Positions 58,632 through 64,000 of a stretch of DNA of 64,000 nt are shown piece after piece (positions within the stretch are counted from its first letter, which is position 1; every line of letters begins with the position of its first letter). Source of the DNA: Promethearchaeota archaeon. GTDB lineage: Archaea; Asgardarchaeota; Lokiarchaeia; Sigyniarchaeales; SOKP01. Under the pieces are notes generated by a model. It was not told the DNA's origin. It ran no database searches and saw only the letters and a program-made list of their open reading frames with translations. Both the position numbers and the translations under genes were made by a program. The DNA is taken from assembly GCA_029838195.1 (NCBI GenBank), contig JALGVJ010000019.1, positions 1 through 64,000 of the forward strand. Reading direction: 5' to 3'.

Positions 58632-59897
58632 CTATTTTTTATAAATCGTGACGACACAAGTACCTCCACTGCCCCCAAGATTATGTGTTAATGCTCGTTC
58701 AACATCAAATTTTACTTGCCTATTACGTTCAGCAACGCCTCGCATTTGTTTAAAAATTTCTACGGCTTGCGCTACTCCAGTTGCTCCTACTGGATGACCT
58801 TTAGATTTCAATCCACCTGAAGTATTAATCGGCAAAGTGCCATCTCGTTTTGTTTCTCCGTTCCTAATTGCTTCTACAGCCTTACCTTTTTCGTAAAATC
58901 CGAGATCTTCCATGGCAAGAATTTCTGCGATGGTGAAGCAATCATGTACTTCAGCCATTTGGATATCCTTAGGTTCCATGCCTGCCATTTTATAGGCCTG
59001 TCGGGCGGCTTCTCTGGTAGCTATGAAACTTGTTAACTCATCTCTATCATGAAGGGAAAGAGCAGCACTTCCTTGACCCGTTCCGGCAATCCAGATGGGA
59101 GTATCCGTAAATTTTTTAGCCACGTCGGCTGAGGCTACAAATACACATGCGGCACCATCCGTGACTAAAGAACAATCAAATAATCTTAAAGGAAAGGCAA
59201 TCATCGGGTTTGATGAACTCTTTAGGAAATCAAACTCGTCCTTCCAATCAGGGGCAGGTTTACCTTCTTTAGTTAATCGGCTTATCTTTTTCTCCATTAT
59301 TTGCTTGATGGTTTGTTGCATTTGGGCATACGGATTTTCTGCGCCATTTTTATGATTTTTAATACCCACTCGCATTAAGTCTTCTGGAGTCGTTCCATAT
59401 TTTTTGAAATGAGCAGTAGCTATAGTGGCATATAATCCAGGGAAAGTCGCACCTGCCGTGTATTCAAAGAGAGAATCACTGGCAGTAGCGAGGGTATCGG
59501 TAACTAACGCGGTGGGCAATTCATTCATGCATTCCATTCCCGCTACGGCAATAACATCATGAATTCCTGAAGCAACCGCAATGATAGCTTGGCGCAAGGC
59601 GATTCCAGAACTCGCACATGCGCCTTCAAACCGAGGAGCTGGTTTTGGAGTTAGCCCCACGAGATTTGCCATTTGAGGCCCTAAATGTCCTTGGTGATTG
59701 AATAGATCTGATGAATAATTACCTACATAGCAAGCGTCTATATCTTTAGGCTCTATCCCATTATCGACAGATTTTACAGCTTCTAACCATGCGTCTATCC
59801 ACATATCGGGATTTCTTTTTTGTGGAAAATTCCTTCCAAATTTATTCATGCCCGCTCCTATTATGGCTACTTTTCTTGCTAGATTTCCCATTTTCAA
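58632..59897 (-). CDS. Thiolase, archaeal/SCP2 type
   Basis: EGACASSG, DCS.VTDGAA, EVHDCFT, GHPVGATG, HNLGG. Confidence 0.95.
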   Translation of the reverse strand: MKMGNLARKVAIIGAGMNKFGRNFPQKRNPDMWIDAWLEAVKSVDNGIEPKDIDACYVGNYSSDLFNHQGHLGPQMANLVGLTPKPAPRFEGACASSGIALRQAIIAVASGIHDVIAVAGMECMNELPTALVTDTLATASDSLFEYTAGATFPGLYATIATAHFKKYGTTPEDLMRVGIKNHKNGAENPYAQMQQTIKQIMEKKISRLTKEGKPAPDWKDEFDFLKSSSNPMIAFPLRLFDCSLVTDGAACVFVASADVAKKFTDTPIWIAGTGQGSAALSLHDRDELTSFIATREAARQAYKMAGMEPKDIQMAEVHDCFTIAEILAMEDLGFYEKGKAVEAIRNGETKRDGTLPINTSGGLKSKGHPVGATGVAQAVEIFKQMRGVAERNRQVKFDVERALTHNLGGSGGTCVVTIYKK

Positions 59898-60120
59898 CTC
59901 TCGTTTAGATTTTAATTTTATTGAATGAATGAATGAATTATTTAATTTGAATTTTGGCCAAATTATATTTTTTATCTCTATTTTGATAAACTATCCACAA
60001 CCACGCATTTTTGGTCTTTATATTACACGAGTTAAGGATGATAATCATGACGAAATGGTAACCTTAAATGAAATTGGATGAAAATAAATATTTTTATCCA
60101 TGCGTTCATTATTTTTATTC

Positions 60121-60558
60121 ATGTCAAAATTAGAACCTGTAAAGTGGGACGATTATAAAGAAGGGGATTCTGCCTCTTTTTCTAAAACGGTTACAGAAGC
60201 AGACGTAATATTATTTGCTGGAATTTCTGGAGATTTTAATCCAATTCACATTAATGAGGAGTTCGCAAAAACTCAGATGTTTGGAACACGAGTTGTACAT
60301 GGAGCATTTAGTTCTGCTTTAATTTCAGCTGTCTTAGGTGTTAAATTATTTGGCCCAGGAGTATTATATGGCTCGCAATCGGTGACTTTTAAAAAACCAG
60401 TATATATTGGAGATACATTAACCGCTGTTGCCACAGTTAAGGAAAAATATACTAAGAAAGAAGGCAAGTTAAAATTCATTAAATGTGATACCAAAGTATA
60501 TAATCAGAAAAATGAGATTGTGACAGATGGAGAAGCTGTAATTTTATGTTTGCATTAA
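60121..60558 (+). CDS. MaoC-family (R)-enoyl-CoA hydratase
   Basis: FAGISGDFNPIH, VVHG, FKKPVYIGD. Start moved to the second Met. Confidence 0.93.
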   Translation: MSKLEPVKWDDYKEGDSASFSKTVTEADVILFAGISGDFNPIHINEEFAKTQMFGTRVVHGAFSSALISAVLGVKLFGPGVLYGSQSVTFKKPVYIGDTLTAVATVKEKYTKKEGKLKFIKCDTKVYNQKNEIVTDGEAVILCLH

Positions 60559-60721
60559 TATTTTAAATTTTTTTTTAATTATCATAAGTTTTTTATCATC
60601 ATGATAAAAATATCTTGTAATATGATCATCTTAAGAGTTTCCTTTTCGAGAAAATATTGATTAGTTGATTAGTTGGAACAATTTTCATGCTAAATATTTT
60701 TTCCATTTTCTTTTAATGTTT

Positions 60722-61609
60722 TTATACTTGAAGAGTTTTTTTAATTCGATGGCGGATTATAATTGTAAGACCAATAGATATTATAAAAACGCTAAAAAGG
60801 GTTATAAATATTACTAATATAAATATTAGTAAAGTCGACTATGATTTGTTTACATGTATTGTTAAAAAATCCGTAAAGCTGTCAGCTTGAAATGTTAGAA
60901 AAATCGGCGTATCGCTAATTTCAATAGAATTATCATTAAGAATTTTACGAGCACCAGAATATATATCATGGATTATAACATTTCCGATGGTATCTGGAAT
61001 ATCTAAAGTTATTTTTAGAGTTTTGCTTTCATAAAGAGTTGGATCATACCATATAATTAACGCTGAAGATCCGTCTTTTTTTCGATATAAAGCACACATA
61101 ATATCATTTATATCAATTCCTCCTTCTTTTTTAAGGAGATCTTGACATATTTCACTATTAGAACAATATTTGCTGAATAGTCTATACGCATAAGCACCTT
61201 TCTTCCAATTATTATTAGAATCCAATAAACCGAAATAATTTTCCGAATTTCTGGGGTCAGAGTGTTCATCTTCGGAATCTTTCATGCAATACCAAAATAA
61301 CGTCTTTATTTGAAATGCTGTTGCAATAACAGATGATTTTATAACATTTTCAGCTAATTTTTCCATTGAAACCCTCCAAGGATAAAAACCTCCGGTTGGA
61401 TTACCTATTTCAGTAATTAAATAGTCTCCGGTAAATCCATAGTTTTTTCCAATAGTCATGAATTGCATTATTCCTTGATATAATGAACTCTGATCATAAT
61501 TATAAAAATAAAGAGAAATTGCATCGACATGAAAGATTTCGTATAAAAATTTTTGAGGAATATTAAAATCACCAATTTTATTTTGAAAATCTTGTAAAGT
61601 TTTAGTCAA
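60722..61609 (-). pseudogene. 5'-truncated membrane-anchored clan-A glycoside hydrolase relic with in-frame TAG
   Basis: YLITEIG, FWYC..D, ENYFGL, K.AYAY with no N-terminal half. After TAG 60841-60839 the frame continues STLLIFILVIFITLFSVFIISIGLTIIIRHRIKKTLQV* (TM anchor). Confidence 0.65.
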
Positions 61610-61720
61610 TCATTAAAATTTTATTATTTTAAATCTTATTTATTTTCATGATTTTCCTCCCTTGTTATCTTTTCCTTATATTCACGTGAAATTTTATTAA
61701 AAAAAAGATTAGAGAACTCC

Positions 61721-62464
61721 ATGAAAATTATATTTTTGGGAACAAATGGATGGTATTCAACGAGGCATGCAAATACGAGTTGTATTTTAATTAAGACCGA
61801 TAATTTTAATCTCGTTCTGGATGCTGGCGATGGATTATATAAGTTAGACAAATATATTGATGATGACAAGCCCGTTTACATTTTCCTCAGTCATTTGCAC
61901 CTTGATCACGTAATTGGATTTCATATCTTGAATAAGTTCAGGTTTAAAAAACCTTTAGAAATTTTTGGGTATATAGGGACGAGACAAGGATTAAATACCT
62001 TGCTTCAACATCCCTTCACAGCTTCAATAGAAGAGCTCCCTTTTTCTTTGAAAATTCACGAGGTTAATGAAGGTTCTCATGATATTCCCCTTCCTTTTAT
62101 GAGCTTGCTTTTAAAACACGCGGATCCTTGTATTGGATATAGATTTTCCATCGATGATAAAATAATAACTTATTGTACGGATACAGGAGAATGTGAAAAC
62201 CTTTATTTACTTGCAAGTAATGCAGATCTTTTCATAAGCGAGTCTTCTTATAAGCCAGAACAAGTGGAATGGGAATGGCCTCATCTTAATCCTGAAACAG
62301 CAGCCATGATTGCGAAACGATCTAACGTGAAACAATTGATTTTAACTCATTTTGATGCCGAACTTTATAATACTCCTGAAAGCAAAGTAGAAGCTGAAAA
62401 TCGAGCAAGACGATTATTTCCAACAACCATAATAGCTCATGATGATTTAGAATTAAAAATTTAA
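61721..62464 (+). CDS. RNase Z-like metallo-beta-lactamase-fold hydrolase
   Basis: FLGT.G, LDAG.G, SHLHLDH, YCTDT, ESSY, HL, LILTHF. Confidence 0.88.
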   Translation: MKIIFLGTNGWYSTRHANTSCILIKTDNFNLVLDAGDGLYKLDKYIDDDKPVYIFLSHLHLDHVIGFHILNKFRFKKPLEIFGYIGTRQGLNTLLQHPFTASIEELPFSLKIHEVNEGSHDIPLPFMSLLLKHADPCIGYRFSIDDKIITYCTDTGECENLYLLASNADLFISESSYKPEQVEWEWPHLNPETAAMIAKRSNVKQLILTHFDAELYNTPESKVEAENRARRLFPTTIIAHDDLELKI

Positions 62465-62578
62465 CCCTATATATCATATATTTAATTCGAGAAAAATTTA
62501 AGCTCTATTCCGATATAAAAAATATTTTTTCCTCTGAAAATAATTATTTAATTAAGGACATGTGTTTATTTTAATTTT

Positions 62579-63559
62579 TCACGCTTTGGTACCCATTCCG
62601 ATTAATAAGCCTTGATGTTCAAAAATTTCGATATTTGAAAATCCTCCTTGTTCCATGTCCGATCTCAACTCTTCTACAGAAAAAATGCGGTTATTTAGAG
62701 CAATATTGTAAAGTTTTATTAAATCATTTAAAAATAGGTTTTCAGTAGGGAGAATTCTCATGATGGCCACTAATATCACTAATCCATCGGGCCTTATAAT
62801 GCGGCTAACTTCTTCTAAAATTTCCAAGCGTGTCATTCCATGAAATTTAGGATCTTTTTTATACACCGGTATCATTATAGCATCAAAAATTTGTTCAGGA
62901 GCAAATATTCTACCCGGGCTCATTTCTGGAAACTTGAGATTCTTAATATTAGCCCCATTTAATACCGTATTCGCATCGTTTTTGGACAAAATATACTGTT
63001 CTTTCGAATATTGGGAAAGGAGCTTTACAATTGGCAACATGACGTATTCCGAGAACCAAATAGATAAAATTTTGTTAAATCTCTTATTTTTTATTTTTTC
63101 TAAAAATTTTCTTGAAAATTCTTCACGAAATTCGTCTGAAACCATCACGTTATTATTGATGAGAAATTTTAATAATAACAAAGGAAGATAATTAGTATAA
63201 GGCGTGTGATGAATGCTAGAAATCTTGTTCTTCCCGTTATGAATGAATTTTACGAGCCCCTTTTTTTCCAAATTATTTAACATGTTATAAAAACTCGGCG
63301 GATGTAGGTTTTTCTTTTTCTCGTTCACACAAGCAAAAAACTTCTTACCGTGTTCCTGTAACTCGGATACTTCATACCCAGTTGTTTCTTCCTTAAATTC
63401 CAAAAATTGTTTTACCTCGGTATATAACGAATGCCTCACAATTGGTTCGCTATATCTTACTAAAAATTGAAGCGTTATGATATCTTTAATGGTAAAATTA
63501 GCAAATTCAGAAATATTATGATAATTCGCAAATTTTAAAAATTCCTCTTCATTTGTCAT
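62579..63559 (-). CDS. Winged-helix + degenerate class I methyltransferase-fold protein (putative regulator)
   Basis: SFYNMLNNLEKKGLV (wHTH); FDAI, EVSRIIRPDG, EELRSDMEQGGFSNIEI, but no GxGxG motif. Confidence 0.6.
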   Translation of the reverse strand: MTNEEEFLKFANYHNISEFANFTIKDIITLQFLVRYSEPIVRHSLYTEVKQFLEFKEETTGYEVSELQEHGKKFFACVNEKKKNLHPPSFYNMLNNLEKKGLVKFIHNGKNKISSIHHTPYTNYLPLLLLKFLINNNVMVSDEFREEFSRKFLEKIKNKRFNKILSIWFSEYVMLPIVKLLSQYSKEQYILSKNDANTVLNGANIKNLKFPEMSPGRIFAPEQIFDAIMIPVYKKDPKFHGMTRLEILEEVSRIIRPDGLVILVAIMRILPTENLFLNDLIKLYNIALNNRIFSVEELRSDMEQGGFSNIEIFEHQGLLIGMGTKA

Positions 63560-63750
63560 GATTTTCTAATTCAATCCAGTATTTACCGTACTATAATTTA
63601 TCATCACGCATTTTAATTTAAATTTACTAAATTTGTAAAAATTTTTATACAAATCTAATAAATTTAAAAATTCATCTTCATTATTTTTCTTGATATCAAT
63701 TTTTTAAAAATGAACACGAATTAAAAATAAAAATTAAAAGTTTGAGGAAA

Positions 63751-64000
63751 ATGTTACCAGAACAATTTGATAAATTTGATATAGATAATTTAAGCAAACC
63801 TAATGCCTTACCTGAAGATATCGACTATGAAAATCACATAATCGCTACTTATATTGCACGACTCCACCGAAAAATGGATGCCTTTTACATGACACAAGCT
63901 CTTTGTATTGAGCAATCTACAGGTACTTTTATTCCGGTGCCAGAAGAGACCCCCGAGACGCGTAGGAAGCACGTAGCAAAAGTAATCGGATTATGGTCCA
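63751..64000 (+). CDS. RuBisCO-like protein (form IV-type), N-terminus; runs off the window
   Basis: Not in the ORF track. Manual translation MLPEQFDK...IIATY...ALCIEQSTGTFIPVPEETPETRRKHVAKVIGLW matches the RuBisCO-family E(Q/S)STGT motif; GAGG upstream. Confidence 0.8.
   Translation, partial: MLPEQFDKFDIDNLSKPNALPEDIDYENHIIATYIARLHRKMDAFYMTQALCIEQSTGTFIPVPEETPETRRKHVAKVIGLWS

Noticed and set aside
365-63191. Many short ORF-track entries antisense to or nested in long genes (e.g. 365-598, 6406-6723, 24638-25063, 50892-51374, 52535-52807)
   Set aside because: They overlap well-supported genes and show no motifs; treated as shadow ORFs.

Overview
AT-rich archaeal chromosome segment, most likely from an Asgard archaeon (Lokiarchaeia-like). 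This rests on Alba, a short histone-fold gene, Sec11, Trm5/Taw2, Trm11 and a C-terminal ETGKNAIWRGKIT motif; the taxonomy is inference. The left ~23 kb is catabolic and partly decayed: Sir2, GPH/MFS transporters, PIG-L deacetylase, a nucleotidyltransferase pseudogene broken by an IS607 relic, D-aminoacylase, GSA-aminomutase-like aminotransferase, FGGY kinase and GH2. It ends with a two-gene unit encoding a single-chain glutamate-mutase(S+E)-like B12 enzyme with a rewired active site, coupled to an opine dehydrogenase. The middle is housekeeping, plus a GIFT/IFT52-like protein and a mu-homology-domain-like protein. At 42.9-51.8 kb is a tight three-gene operon: a Dna2-like Fe-S nuclease/SF1B helicase, Mre11 and Rad50, with no herA/nurA, convergent on histone and Alba genes. 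The right end holds thiolase/DUF35/MaoC, a GH relic, an RNase Z-like protein, a wHTH-pseudo-methyltransferase and the start of a RuBisCO-like protein. No tRNA, rRNA or CRISPR array was recognised. All family calls come from motif reading and remembered family sequences, not database searches.
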